Positions 19,585-31,100 of a DNA stretch of 64,000 nucleotides are shown in pieces (the stretch's first letter is position 1; every line of letters starts with the position of its first letter). Source of the stretch: a virus (taxonomy: Duplodnaviria; Caudoviricetes). Location of the stretch: positions 17,708 through 81,707 of the IMG/VR virus record IMGVR_UViG_3300028591_006041, one strand, 5' to 3'. A program made the position numbers and the translations under genes. The notes beneath the pieces were generated by a model. That model was not told where the DNA came from. It saw only the letters and a program-made list of their open reading frames with translations, and searched no databases.

Positions 19585-21488
19585 ACTATCTTAATTCTGT
19601 TTTGGAGTTCTTCTGAATATTGATGTTTTGTGCTTTGATATAGTCCTTGAAAACATGCATCTAATATATAAGTCACACACCAATCACCATCGTATCTTAC
19701 TCCCCTACCTATGCCTTGTATTATCTCATTGGAAGTATGTGTATTATACCAAAGTGGGAACAATTTGTTTCTTGCATTTACTAATTTGTCCGCTAATGAT
19801 GGATAAGGTACTTTAAGAATGATAATGAATCTGCAATTGTCTCCTGGTAAGTCTACTCCCGTATTCAATGTAGGACCTACTAATACTGTATCTTCTGATA
19901 ATTGATGAATTTTGACCATTGATACCTTTTCTCTTGATCCATTATATACTAATAAACGTTGCTTTATTTCATAGGGAGCATCATCATACAATCTTTTGGC
20001 AAACTCATAAGAACCTGTCTGAATCATTCCTCGTTGATCTTTGAATTTTGTCTTCAATATAGAATATATTACTGTTTTAAGATGTTTGAATGATATTTCT
20101 CTTTCTCTCCAAGACATTTTGAATTTATTGAAGAAAAATATTGGAGATTCTGTGAAGTCAAAAGTAGAAGGTATGACTTCCATGAATGACTCATCTACTA
20201 CAGCATTCTCATGATTCCATGCGTCTTTTTTCTCATATTGGAATCCCATTCTTTCATCATATGCCTCTTTAGTTCCTACTGTAGCAGATACCATAACTTT
20301 ATATTGAGCTCTTTGTAAGAAAAAGTACCAAGTAATGAAATCCTCTTTAGTACATTTGAATGCAACAGAAATATGTTTGTCATCATTGGCTATAGTAATG
20401 TCTTTCAATAGATATTCATTTCCTGTAGTGTTTATAGCATTAACAAAATCATGCCATTGACACATATGATTCTCATACCAAGAAACTAATTTGAACATCT
20501 TGATATCATCTTTAGTAATATTTTCTTTATTGTTTTTCTTTTCAATTATCCTACTTTTTATAAGCTCACATTGAATGCTATAAGATTCTAATATTTTAAG
20601 ATATTTGTCTGCACATTCCATATCTTCATCTTTTCGAGATTCTGGACATGTCCAAATTTTCCAAAATGATACTAATTCTTCTTTCAACTCATTAAATGAC
20701 TTATATTTAGCTCTAATTCCTGTAGCCAATTCGTCTTTTACATCTAAGTCATCAAATAAGGTGGGTTGGTATTCTGTACTTCCATTGTAAAGATGCTCTA
20801 ATTTTTCCCAATGATCTTCAACAATTGTAGGAGAGTATTGGAGTTGTACTATTTCAGGTATGTTATGACACTCGTCACAAAACAATACATCATGAGGTGC
20901 AAAAATAGGACAACCTTTTGAGTCTTGGTTGTAATTTGGATTATTCATTATAAATAGGAATAATTGGTATGTCATAATGCATACCTTAGCCTTTATAGCT
21001 TTCTTTCGTGCTCGTACATAAGGACATGAGTATGCACATTCATAACCATACTTCTCAATAGTTGCAGGATTGAACATAGCTGCCCACGAAAGACCCGCCA
21101 TCTTGCAATCAGCATTCTTCATATCTTCTCCATTAAGCTTACAAACATAGTTTCCAGTTTGTCCCTTAATAGAAGCTATTCCTGTCTTCTTATGTTTCTT
21201 CAAAAAATTCTCATATTGTTCCCATAGAAAAAGATCAGAACATAATATATAAGATGTCATATCAAAATATTCTGCAAGCACTCCAGCAGATATGATATTT
21301 ATCAATGATTTTCCAGATCCTGTAGGCGCCTCAACAATATAATTTTGATATTTATGATCTAATATGTTCTTAATAATTCTTATAATGCACTCTAATTGGT
21401 ATTTTCTAAACTTAAAATCACTTCCTATCTTTACAGACACCCATTCATTTACAATTTCTTCTAAATATTCATTCGTATATTCCATCAT
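19581..21488 (-). CDS. DinG/Rad3-like SF2 helicase
   Basis: APTGSGKS, DECH, GVDLPGD..RFIIILKVPYP, QGIGRGVR; Cys residues suggest an Fe-S site. Confidence 0.88.
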   Translation of the reverse strand: MMEYTNEYLEEIVNEWVSVKIGSDFKFRKYQLECIIRIIKNILDHKYQNYIVEAPTGSGKSLINIISAGVLAEYFDMTSYILCSDLFLWEQYENFLKKHKKTGIASIKGQTGNYVCKLNGEDMKNADCKMAGLSWAAMFNPATIEKYGYECAYSCPYVRARKKAIKAKVCIMTYQLFLFIMNNPNYNQDSKGCPIFAPHDVLFCDECHNIPEIVQLQYSPTIVEDHWEKLEHLYNGSTEYQPTLFDDLDVKDELATGIRAKYKSFNELKEELVSFWKIWTCPESRKDEDMECADKYLKILESYSIQCELIKSRIIEKKNNKENITKDDIKMFKLVSWYENHMCQWHDFVNAINTTGNEYLLKDITIANDDKHISVAFKCTKEDFITWYFFLQRAQYKVMVSATVGTKEAYDERMGFQYEKKDAWNHENAVVDESFMEVIPSTFDFTESPIFFFNKFKMSWREREISFKHLKTVIYSILKTKFKDQRGMIQTGSYEFAKRLYDDAPYEIKQRLLVYNGSREKVSMVKIHQLSEDTVLVGPTLNTGVDLPGDNCRFIIILKVPYPSLADKLVNARNKLFPLWYNTHTSNEIIQGIGRGVRYDGDWCVTYILDACFQGLYQSTKHQYSEELQNRIKIV

Positions 21489-21572
21489 AATAAGTTAAAT
21501 AGTTATTATGTATAAGATAGTAACTAAATGATTAAATTACAACGAAATGATTATTAAAATTAATATGACACA

Positions 21573-21648
21573 AATTACTCGTCTTAAACTCGAATCCATT
21601 TTTAATATAGTTTATAACTAAGAATATTCGAGTTTAAGACGAGTAATT
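21573..21648. repeat. 23-bp perfect inverted repeat flanking a 30-bp promoter core
   Basis: aattactcgtcttaaactcgaat (21573-21595) and attcgagtttaagacgagtaatt (21626-21648). Confidence 0.9.
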
Positions 21649-21668
21649 CTGAAGGTATGTGTGATGAC

Positions 21669-22301
21669 TTATTTCTTTTTCGGAAGAAGATATACTACAT
21701 CTACCTTCTTATTTCCACTGTCCCAGGAGTCCCAGTACTCTCCATCTTTTACGGTTACCTGATGTCCCCTAACGTGAAGGATGAATGTTCCGTAAGGATG
21801 AGACATTGCGAACTCATTGACAGTGATGCGGTCTTTAGCTTTTACCGTCTTCTTATTGTATTTCTCATCGATGGTGCAGTGGAACTCCTCAGTAAGAACC
21901 TTCTCCGCAACATACTGAATCATGCTTGAATTTTCCTTTGCTACTCGAGAAGCGATATCAAAAGCCTTGTCCCAATCAATATTGAATGCTGCGCAATAGG
22001 AACGAAGAGTACAGTCTCCAATGTTACGTGACTTAGGATTTGGATTGTATTTGTGCCAACGATGATTGCCGTTCATCAACTTTGAATACCACCAGTTGTT
22101 TCCTACTACGAAGGCATTCATCTCATTGAAGTCTTCTCCAAACTTCTTCTCAGGTGTGCCATCTTCGAAATAGATAGTCATTTCTCCTCCTTTGATGACC
22201 AAGGTGGCCTTGTTCTCGAAGTCATAGTTTACAAGAGAGAATGAAGAGTCCTCTGAAAGATCGATTACGTGGTTGATTACGAAAGTTTTCTCTTTTTCCA
22301 T
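21669..22301 (-). CDS. Putative papain-fold (C39-like) cysteine peptidase domain protein
   Basis: NPKSRNIGDCTLR (Cys), LHVRGH (His), DGEYWDSWDSG (Asp); visibly higher GC. Confidence 0.5.
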   Translation of the reverse strand: MEKEKTFVINHVIDLSEDSSFSLVNYDFENKATLVIKGGEMTIYFEDGTPEKKFGEDFNEMNAFVVGNNWWYSKLMNGNHRWHKYNPNPKSRNIGDCTLRSYCAAFNIDWDKAFDIASRVAKENSSMIQYVAEKVLTEEFHCTIDEKYNKKTVKAKDRITVNEFAMSHPYGTFILHVRGHQVTVKDGEYWDSWDSGNKKVDVVYLLPKKK

Positions 22302-22339
22302 AATTTGAAATATTTTAAAGATTTATCAATTACAAATTT

Positions 22340-22367
22340 AATATAGTAATAATCGAGAAAAATTCAA
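22340..22367 (-). promoter_or_regulatory. Class A promoter
   Basis: TTGAAT-N16-TATATT. Confidence 0.7.
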
Positions 22368-22409
22368 TAAATTAAGTTATTTTTAAATATAATATGATAT
22401 GATAAAGAA

Positions 22410-22760
22410 ATGAGAAATTTAAATAATTTTATTATAGAAAGACTTAAACTGAATAAAGATACAAAAATACGACAAAGTTTTAGTGAAGAATATTGCATAG
22501 TAGTTCCATTTGAACTTAAGTGGTCTGTTTTTTGTCAAAAATATGAACAATGGTCAATTTGTGGCCATGGAGATTTCAACTTTTTCATTATACCAATAAA
22601 AGATGTTATTGAAAAAACTATTGAACTTAAAAAATATAATGAATCTGTAGAAATCTATAAAATACCTAATAAATATGATAGTTTTGAAGAACTTAAAACA
22701 GATCATAAAAATAAAAAATTTCGTATCCAAGGTGGAAATTTAGAAAATTTAAAAATATGA
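22410..22760 (+). CDS. Leader-family protein (putative internal virion cargo)
   Basis: MRNLNNFIIERLKLNKDTKI. Confidence 0.7.
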   Translation: MRNLNNFIIERLKLNKDTKIRQSFSEEYCIVVPFELKWSVFCQKYEQWSICGHGDFNFFIIPIKDVIEKTIELKKYNESVEIYKIPNKYDSFEELKTDHKNKKFRIQGGNLENLKI

Positions 22761-23068
22761 ATAGAGATGGATATGTTTACTTATTATGTGATGGTGAGAA
22801 ATTCAAAATAGGAATGACTCGTCAATCAAAAATAGAAAAAAGGATATTAGAATTGCAGACAGGTAATCCTAATGAGATATGGTTGCATTCTTATTATAAG
22901 ACAAAATATCCTAATAAAATAGAAAAGATGATGCACAGTAGACATGCATCATCTAATGTAAAAAATGAATGGTTTGATATGACAGTTACGGAAGTATTGA
23001 ATTTTAAGAATGAATGTGCTAAATGTGAAAAAATATTGGATTCAATACAAGAAAACCCATTCATTTAA
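22757..23068 (+). CDS. T5orf172/MUG113 GIY-YIG-like nuclease domain protein
   Basis: GYVYLL..FKIGMT..KRILELQTGNP..IEKMMH..KNEWF. Confidence 0.85.
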   Translation: MNRDGYVYLLCDGEKFKIGMTRQSKIEKRILELQTGNPNEIWLHSYYKTKYPNKIEKMMHSRHASSNVKNEWFDMTVTEVLNFKNECAKCEKILDSIQENPFI

Positions 23069-23072
23069 TAAC

Positions 23073-24278
23073 TTATTTATTGACAGAATTTATTTCCGAT
23101 ATTGAGTTCTTAATGAACTTTTGTTTTCCTATGAAATCTTTTAAAGTAAAACAATTACAATATGACATACAAGACTGTAAATAACTTATCATATTTTTTG
23201 TCCATCTTTTTAATGTAAATTCAATAGGAAGATATTTTGTAATTCCTTCAGCAGTTTTTGTTTTCTCACCGTTTATTGATTTTTGGCCATCTGCAGAAGC
23301 CATTCCAAAAAACTTTACAGTACATTTTCCTAAGTATTGTTCATTTCTTAGATTACGACATCCATTTTCTGTGTAATAATCTTTGGTTCCTCCTGGTGGT
23401 GTATTTGCTATTATAGTATTTATAGCTTCTTCAGTATAATAACCAAAAACTCCACCATTTTCCATTCTTAAAGATTTGAAATCATTTATATTAAAAATAG
23501 TATGTTTGCCATCATATTTTTCTCCAGCAGACTCTAAACATTGTGCAAACAAACTTCCAATCATTACATAATTAGCACCTAAGCCTAATGCTATATTCAC
23601 ATGATTATAATTTCTAATTCCTCCATCTGCGATAATCTTTGGCGCACAAGAATGCTTAAGTTTTATTTTATAGCATTCTTCAATTAATGATGCTTGTGGG
23701 TAATGTGTGCTCACATTAGATGTAGTGATGCAACCGAAACCCCCACCAATGCCTACACGAATATAATCAACAGCAATGTATTTTGATTCAAAATTAAAAT
23801 TACATATCCATTCATATGTAGCTGGATTAGCAATATTTCCTGTCATAATTGTAAGATCATACTTGTAATTATCATAACAGATTATTTTTGCTTCTTCACA
23901 AGCCTCATATAATGATATCATATGACCATTAGCAATATCTACACATATACTATATTGAACATTAAAAAGTCTTTGATGAGCATGCTCAATAAATAAATCT
24001 TTAAATTCGTTTAATGATAAAGCAACCCAAATGCCTTTATTCATTAATCTTATTCTTCTATCTAAATCAATATTTCTTGGGATGATAGGTGTTATTCCAT
24101 TTTCTATAAAAACTTCATAATTCTTATCTGATACTACAGAAGCCATAGGAGCTGTAAATATTGGAAGTCTTTCATCAACAGTAAAAGGATTACATTGACT
24201 TCTTGACTCTACATATGAAATTTTGGCTGGAATAATTGTTAAATCATTATATGCATAACCTTCTTTTTCTAAAATCAT
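23073..24278 (-). CDS. IMP dehydrogenase/GMP reductase family protein
   Basis: PIFTAPM, VDIANGH, RVGIGGGFGCIT, IADGGI, MIGSLFA, FFGMAS. Confidence 0.88.
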   Translation of the reverse strand: MILEKEGYAYNDLTIIPAKISYVESRSQCNPFTVDERLPIFTAPMASVVSDKNYEVFIENGITPIIPRNIDLDRRIRLMNKGIWVALSLNEFKDLFIEHAHQRLFNVQYSICVDIANGHMISLYEACEEAKIICYDNYKYDLTIMTGNIANPATYEWICNFNFESKYIAVDYIRVGIGGGFGCITTSNVSTHYPQASLIEECYKIKLKHSCAPKIIADGGIRNYNHVNIALGLGANYVMIGSLFAQCLESAGEKYDGKHTIFNINDFKSLRMENGGVFGYYTEEAINTIIANTPPGGTKDYYTENGCRNLRNEQYLGKCTVKFFGMASADGQKSINGEKTKTAEGITKYLPIEFTLKRWTKNMISYLQSCMSYCNCFTLKDFIGKQKFIKNSISEINSVNK

Positions 24279-24323
24279 AATATTATTTTTAATAAAATTA
24301 TAAATTTAATATAGAAACATTTC

Positions 24324-24785
24324 ATGAAAAATTTAACTCTATTTATTGCAGAGCGGCTTAAATTGGATAAAGATACTAAAATAAAAGAAAATAATGATGT
24401 ATTAAATTCTATATTAGCTCATTTTGAATTTGATGAATTATTAAACGCAAGTTCAACTTATTTACGAAAAGAACCATTTTTAACTAAAGAAGAAGGTGAA
24501 GAAATAAAATCTAAACTTTTAGAATTCATAATAGATAATAATATAGTAGATGTTAAAAAATTGAAATATTGTACTAATAGAGGAAGAAAGTTTAAAGATA
24601 AGAAAATCAATAAAGATTATAAAAAAGATAATGCATATTGGTCGGCCCTCGATCTTAAATTATATAAAGATAAAGATGCTATTGAAATTTATAAGAAAAA
24701 TGGATTAACTTTTAAAGTTAGTTCAGAAGTCAAATTGATAGCTATGTATGGGCCTTATGGTGGTGTAAAAATATGTGAATTTTAA
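24324..24785 (+). CDS. Leader-family protein
   Basis: MKNLTLFIAERLKLDKDTKI. Confidence 0.7.
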   Translation: MKNLTLFIAERLKLDKDTKIKENNDVLNSILAHFEFDELLNASSTYLRKEPFLTKEEGEEIKSKLLEFIIDNNIVDVKKLKYCTNRGRKFKDKKINKDYKKDNAYWSALDLKLYKDKDAIEIYKKNGLTFKVSSEVKLIAMYGPYGGVKICEF

Positions 24786-24787
24786 TA

Positions 24788-25162
24788 ATGAAAACATTAA
24801 ATAATTTTATAGTTGAACGTCTTAAAATCAATAAAGATACTAAAATATTTAAAATTAGTTTAACTGATGGAGAATTACAAAACTTATATGATGTTTTAGA
24901 AGATTTTTATAATTATGCATATAGTGATCTTTTTAACAAACAAAGTGATAGAGATGAAGCTATGAAATGCTGGAAAAATAGAAAACCTTATGGTTTTTTA
25001 GAAGATGCAAAAACATTTGATGAGGACTTTAGAAATATTATTTCATTTATAGTAGAATATGCTGATGATTATAGTTTAATGAAATCTTTAAGAGATACAG
25101 ATAAAATAATGACTTGTAAACAAATAGAAGATATAAAAAATTATTTTATAGATTTAATATGA
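24788..25162 (+). CDS. Leader-family protein
   Basis: MKTLNNFIVERLKINKDTKI. Confidence 0.7.
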   Translation: MKTLNNFIVERLKINKDTKIFKISLTDGELQNLYDVLEDFYNYAYSDLFNKQSDRDEAMKCWKNRKPYGFLEDAKTFDEDFRNIISFIVEYADDYSLMKSLRDTDKIMTCKQIEDIKNYFIDLI

Positions 25163-25479
25163 AGAATTTAAATGATTTTATATTGGAACGTCTAAAATTA
25201 GATAGAAGTACTAAAATTACTAAAACATCAAGTTCATATAATGCAGAAGACTTTCCAGTAAAAACACGAAAGAACAGTGGTGAAAAATTTCAATGGTTTC
25301 AATGGTGGGAATATGTATTAGATAATGGACCAATAAGTAAATCTGACTTATTGATTAAATTTGGTAAAGAACCAACAAGTTATTCTACAGTATTTGCTGA
25401 TTTATCAAAAAAGAATATTATAGTTCCTCAAAAAAGAAAATTAGTATCAATGCCACCAGAAAAATGGATTATAAAATAA
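25159..25479 (+). CDS. Leader-family protein, possible winged-helix payload
   Basis: MKNLNDFILERLKLDRSTKI; GPISKSDLL..STVFADLSKKNII. Confidence 0.65.
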   Translation: MKNLNDFILERLKLDRSTKITKTSSSYNAEDFPVKTRKNSGEKFQWFQWWEYVLDNGPISKSDLLIKFGKEPTSYSTVFADLSKKNIIVPQKRKLVSMPPEKWIIK

Positions 25480-25531
25480 AACATAAAATTTTATATATAG
25501 AGTGTTTACCAAATAAATTAATTTTTATAAT

Positions 25532-25741
25532 TTGATAGTTAAACCAAGATCAGATTGCAATAAGCATATAATCAGGCGTGAACATTATGCCCGAAAGGAT
25601 GGCCAATGGAAGCCAAAGAAACAATTTGATTCACAAGAAGAATCAGATCAATGGATAAAAAAATATAAACTTTATGGTTATTCTTCATATGTTTGTAAAG
25701 TATGTGGGAAATGGCATATAGGAATGAAAAAGAAAGAATGA
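25532..25741 (+). CDS. Small protein with YxCxxCGKWH zinc motif
   Basis: SYVCKVCGKWHIG; TTG start. Confidence 0.6.
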   Translation: MIVKPRSDCNKHIIRREHYARKDGQWKPKKQFDSQEESDQWIKKYKLYGYSSYVCKVCGKWHIGMKKKE

Positions 25742-26589
25742 GAAATTTAAATCAATTTATTATAGAACGACTTAAACTTAATAAAAACTCTAGAGTTAAA
25801 GATATATTAAGACCAAAGGATTTTTTTGAATTTCAAGAAATAATTGGTAATAAGCTTAAAAATTTAGGTGACAATAAAGAATATTTAGATTTAAAAGATT
25901 TAGATATATCTGACTATAAAGGTTCGGGAAAACAAGATGAACGTTTTGATAGGATTTTGAAAAAATTTTTATCTTCATATAATACAAAATATGATTATAA
26001 TATAAAATATATTGATGTTACAGGATGGGATTTGACTCATATAGATTCTGTAGCAGGACTTTTTCATGCACTCCAAGATATTGAAGAAATTATAGGTATT
26101 GATGATTGGGATATGTCTAATGTAGAACATATTGAATGGATATTTTCCGATTGTGTTAAATTAAAAAATATAGGTAATTTAGGAAAATGGAAATTCAATA
26201 ATTTAAAAAGAGCACAAGGATTTATTTATGGATGTCAACATTTGAAAACTATAGGTGACATATCTAAATGGGATATGTCTAATGTAGATTTTTTAGCTAA
26301 TATGTTTGCTCATTGTTATGATTTACAAGATGTTGGCGAAATAGCTAATTGGGATTTATCATCTTGTATATCTTATAGAAGTATATTTTATTATACCATT
26401 AATTTAAGAAATGTAGGAGATCTTACAAAATGGAATAAATATATAAAATCAAATATTCAAAATATAAAAAACAGATATAATGGATATTTGGATGATGGAT
26501 TTGAAGAAATATTTGATAATTCTGCTGTAGAATATAACTATGAATTAATAATAACTGAAAAAACCGCAAAAATAAAAAAATTAGTATAA
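25738..26589 (+). CDS. Leader-family protein with DUF285-like repeats (start revised from 25702)
   Basis: MRNLNQFIIERLKLNKNSRV at an ATGA overlap; W(D)MSNV repeats. Confidence 0.75.
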   Translation: MRNLNQFIIERLKLNKNSRVKDILRPKDFFEFQEIIGNKLKNLGDNKEYLDLKDLDISDYKGSGKQDERFDRILKKFLSSYNTKYDYNIKYIDVTGWDLTHIDSVAGLFHALQDIEEIIGIDDWDMSNVEHIEWIFSDCVKLKNIGNLGKWKFNNLKRAQGFIYGCQHLKTIGDISKWDMSNVDFLANMFAHCYDLQDVGEIANWDLSSCISYRSIFYYTINLRNVGDLTKWNKYIKSNIQNIKNRYNGYLDDGFEEIFDNSAVEYNYELIITEKTAKIKKLV

Positions 26590-27050
26590 TGAGAAATTTA
26601 AATCAGTTTATTGTTGAAAGACTTAAAATTAATAAAGATACTAAAGTCAATCCGTATGAGTTTTCTGATGAAGAATTAATGAAAGATTATAATGAAATAT
26701 CATATGCTTATACTAAAGCAGAAAAAATGCCTATAGCTAAAAAGTATGGTATTACAACAATAAGAATAAAAGATATTCAACAAGCTATTTTAATAAAACT
26801 TAGAGATAATCGTCATATTAAAAAAGATTTTACAGAAGATGATGTTCGTAATTTTTTCAGATTAGATGTTCCAGAAAGATATAATAGAATGAAAGAATAT
26901 TTAGATCAAGAATCAACAGAATTTATAGAATATTTATTAGAACATCTTAAAGAAAAAGCCAAGAAAATACGATATCCATATTTGAGTTATGCAGATAAAA
27001 CATTATTGAATAGAATTAAAAATATTGAGAAATATTTAAATGAAAAATAG
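26589..27050 (+). CDS. Leader-family protein
   Basis: MRNLNQFIVERLKINKDTKV. Confidence 0.7.
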   Translation: MRNLNQFIVERLKINKDTKVNPYEFSDEELMKDYNEISYAYTKAEKMPIAKKYGITTIRIKDIQQAILIKLRDNRHIKKDFTEDDVRNFFRLDVPERYNRMKEYLDQESTEFIEYLLEHLKEKAKKIRYPYLSYADKTLLNRIKNIEKYLNEK

Positions 27051-27058
27051 ATAGTTGA

Positions 27059-27700
27059 TTACCAACTATCTATATTTGTTATATTATATATGAAATCTTC
27101 TACATAAATATCAAAAATCCATCCTAATCCTGTACCAGTTATTTTTATTGTTAATGGTTGTTTATATTCATTATAGATTTCCATAAATCTGTAAAATTCT
27201 ATTTTATCAAATTTAGGATAATGAAATTTCTTGTTAGTTATTTCTACTGATGAATTTATGCATTTATCCTTTTCTTCACAATCTAAACATTGTACATATT
27301 CAAAATTACATCTTGGAAGCATTAGTTCTTCTTGGTTGTAATTTATCTTATAAACTAATTCAAATCCACCTCCAATTGTTCCGAATTTATTCATTCCATT
27401 TTCTTTTCTAACACATGAGCTATGTTTTTTCTCAAAATTCGATATTTGTTGAAGTTGTAATGAATCAAGTTTGAACAATTTATATGCATACTTATCCCAG
27501 AAAAATTCAGTTATTCTATCTCTTAATTGATTGATTGTCTTAATATTTATGTAATCATATTTCTCTCCAATATGTCTTGAAAAATTAAGTACTTCACCAT
27601 TTTTATCTATTAAATACTCTTGAGCTAAATACTCATAATTATTTATATTACTGAAAAAATTTCCTGCGTTTCTTGTGTTGTCAATAATTATTGTTTTCAT
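27059..27700 (-). CDS. Hypothetical protein
   Basis: 213-aa ORF. Confidence 0.6.
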   Translation of the reverse strand: MKTIIIDNTRNAGNFFSNINNYEYLAQEYLIDKNGEVLNFSRHIGEKYDYINIKTINQLRDRITEFFWDKYAYKLFKLDSLQLQQISNFEKKHSSCVRKENGMNKFGTIGGGFELVYKINYNQEELMLPRCNFEYVQCLDCEEKDKCINSSVEITNKKFHYPKFDKIEFYRFMEIYNEYKQPLTIKITGTGLGWIFDIYVEDFIYNITNIDSW

Positions 27701-28083
27701 AACTTCTTTACATTTTTAGTTTTTTCATCCAATTCATATCCTGCCTTTTTCATTCCTTTAAATAACATTTGTCGTTCTTCATTTGATGATAAATGATAGT
27801 CTTTTTTATCATAATCATCAACAAACCCCATACTGGCGCTAGAACCATCATTATAATAAATATCTTTTTTACTATCATAATATCCTATATATCTAACTAA
27901 TTTACCATAAGGTTGCCTATCTTCAAACTTATCAAATATGAATATCAATAAATGATTTTTATCATTTATATAATACGTTGTTATGATATCACCCTTTTTA
28001 GCATCTTTAATTGAGTATGAAGACAATTTAGAATTTTTATTTAGTTTTAGACGTTCATTTACAAATTCATTGATTTTTTTCAT
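27697..28083 (-). CDS. Leader-family protein (minus strand)
   Basis: MKKINEFVNERLKLNKNSKL. Confidence 0.7.
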   Translation of the reverse strand: MKKINEFVNERLKLNKNSKLSSYSIKDAKKGDIITTYYINDKNHLLIFIFDKFEDRQPYGKLVRYIGYYDSKKDIYYNDGSSASMGFVDDYDKKDYHLSSNEERQMLFKGMKKAGYELDEKTKNVKKL

Positions 28084-28118
28084 AGATTATTTCATTAATT
28101 TATAATTAAAAATAATTC

Positions 28119-31100
28119 CTAAAATGGCACCTCGTTGCCAAATAAATCTAACTTATTGTCATTATTGTTTTCTTCATTCTCATCATTCTCATTTTCTATG
28201 CTAAATATGTCATCTTTAAGTTTGTTTGTATTCTTTTGCTTAATCATAAATCTGTTATTTGAATTATCCTTTTCACTGTAATCATAATAATCAAATTCCT
28301 TATGTACAATATTTGGCAATTCACTAATGATATCTTCTAATTTGACCTTTGATGTATGCTCAAAATCTTTGAGTTCTTCTTCTACGTCATCTTTATTATT
28401 ATCTTTTATATTATTTTCATCTATTAATTGTTCTAAGAAGAATGTCTTTGTATTTATATCACCATAAATATTGATTACATCCAATTTTGATTCCCATAAT
28501 AACTCAAATGGCTTAATGTTTATTTTTCCATTTTTTGGCCTACTTTCAACAATTATTATTTTCCAATAATCTTGAATTATGTCAAATATCTTAGAAGCAT
28601 ATTCAATATCATCAATAACAACATCTTTAATAGAATTGCAATATTTACATGACCATTCTGCCAAAAACATATCAATATCTCCTCGAGTTGTTTCAGGATT
28701 TTCTTGTGCCCAATTCTTACAATCATATAAGAATCTCATTATTGGAAAATCCAAACGTTTTTTCTTTCTGTTATTTTCAATATTGACAAACATTCTTATT
28801 CTGTTAAGTTTTGAAAAATTCAAACGATTAGATTTCAAATCAATACAATAATCATAGATTTCTCGAATTCTGTCACAATCATATGTTTTGTAAAGACTTA
28901 ATATTATTGGTACATGTTTTTCAAGAATCTCAATATCATCAACATATAAGTCATTTTCTTCTCTTATTCTCTTATTGTCTTCATCAGTATCTTTATATAT
29001 TGAATAATTTCCTTTCAATAATTCTCTATATAAGTCAATATTTCCATCAGATACATGACTAAGAAGTTTTCTAACTTTTATAGTATCTTCATTGAATTTA
29101 ACATTTCGACAAGCCTTCATGAATTCTTCTAATTCTTCAACTTTATCTTCAGGAGTTTCTTTATCACTTTTCGATATTTTGACATCATATCCATAATATT
29201 TGATTCCATTAATCATAACATTCAATTGTTTAGAATATTCAGAATATCTTTCTTCAAATACCTTCAATTTATAAGTAGTCTCATCAATATAATATTTGCA
29301 ATCATTCTCATCATATTTAAGATATTTGTTTGTACTAAGTAATGAGCTTATAATTGGATTATATTTTGATTCTTCATAGTTTCTTTCTAACATATCATTA
29401 CAAGTCTTAACTAAATCTCTTGCTGTCATCAAATCATTTTGACTAAAACTTAAGTCAAGTGGTTTAATATAATCATAATTCAATGGTAATCCATTTTTAT
29501 CGAATAATGGTAAATATATCTTAATATGTAAATTATTGTTTCTAATCCTATTTGCGAATTGTTCAATATCTTGAGGAATCCAAGTCTCATTGAAATATAT
29601 TACAAAATCATAAGGATCACAAATATCTACTCCTACACTTAAATAAGTTGAACAAAATATTATATCATTATTTCCAATTGTCTTATTTATGTTTATATTA
29701 TCCATTGACTCTTCACCATATTGTGATTTCTTATAATAGAATTTTTTCAGTTCTCTTGGAAATTCCATTTCATTCAATATTTTTTGAATCATTCCGGTTA
29801 TTTGCTCATAATATAATATTCCGCGATTTGTTGGAAATAATATTTTTTTACCTTCTTTTATATTTTGTGCCATATCTACACACATGTCTCTAATTTGTTC
29901 TGTAGATGATGGTACTAAATTGATTATGCATTCTTTAACTCTTAAGTCTTCCTTTTTCACTTTAATATGTTTGATATTTGGAAAGAATAGCATTTCTCCT
30001 GTTGGTGTTCCACTCATCATAATTATCTTAGCTTTACAATTTGCTAAACGTTGAATACATGGTCCCATAACTTCTCGATAAGATGATGTAAACAATAAAT
30101 GAGACTCATCTATAACTATATATTTGAAATTTGCGGCATCCAACTCATAAACATTCAAATGAGAAAACTTATCAATAGTCATAGACATATTTTGATTTCC
30201 CATAATGTCACTTAATGTAGGTTTTTTATTTCCATAAAAATACAACCAATCTTTTGTTACACTTGATGCTTCAACTTTAGCTTTAATAGTTGATGTGAAT
30301 GGTAATATAAGTAATGTTTTGTCTTTTAGAGACTTAATCATTTCTGTCTTACCATATCCTGCACCTGCCTCTAATAGAGTTATATGATCCAAATTTTTCA
30401 CAATTTCATCTTTTATGTCACTAAGATATTGATCTTTAGTAATTGTCAATATTGTTTGATTTGTTTTATCATTCAATATTTTTATTGGATCAATTTTATT
30501 GTCTAAATTTTTTATCTCATTTTCTATTTGAGTTAAGTTGACATTATCAATATCTTTCTTAATCTTTATATTGAATCCATGTTGGTTATTAAGCTCATTG
30601 ATAGCCCAAGTTGTCATTGGTTTATGATGTATTGCTGCAGTCTTTATATCTCCTTTCAATTCCCTCATAGATACATCTTTACATATACTGCATATTATCT
30701 TAAATGCTTTTTGTTCACCAAATAATGATGTAAGAGTATTAGCCAATTGCCATCTATGGAAGTGTTTGTAGTGTTTGCTACCTTTTGACTTACTTAAATC
30801 ATAATTTATGTCTTTATCAATATTTTCTAATTCAATATTTGTACTATCATTGAAGTCATCATTACTAAACCAATCCAATTTACTAAATATGTTTTTCAAA
30901 TCAGGATGAGATATCCAATTTATTGACTCAACACCATTGTTCAAAGCTGACTCAAAGTTGATATCTAATCTTAAATCATTGAAATTAGTTGAAAGATAAG
31001 CATTGTCTGAAGATATGAATATACCCTGTTGAGGTTTACCTACAGCCATATCCATATAATTGTATATAGATTCTTTGTTATATCCATATTTGTCACAATA

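Noticed and set aside
25702-25737. ORF-track start for 25702..26589 (and 42435 for 42435..43076)
   Set aside because: Downstream ATGs at 25738 and 42468 give the conserved leader and are the more likely starts
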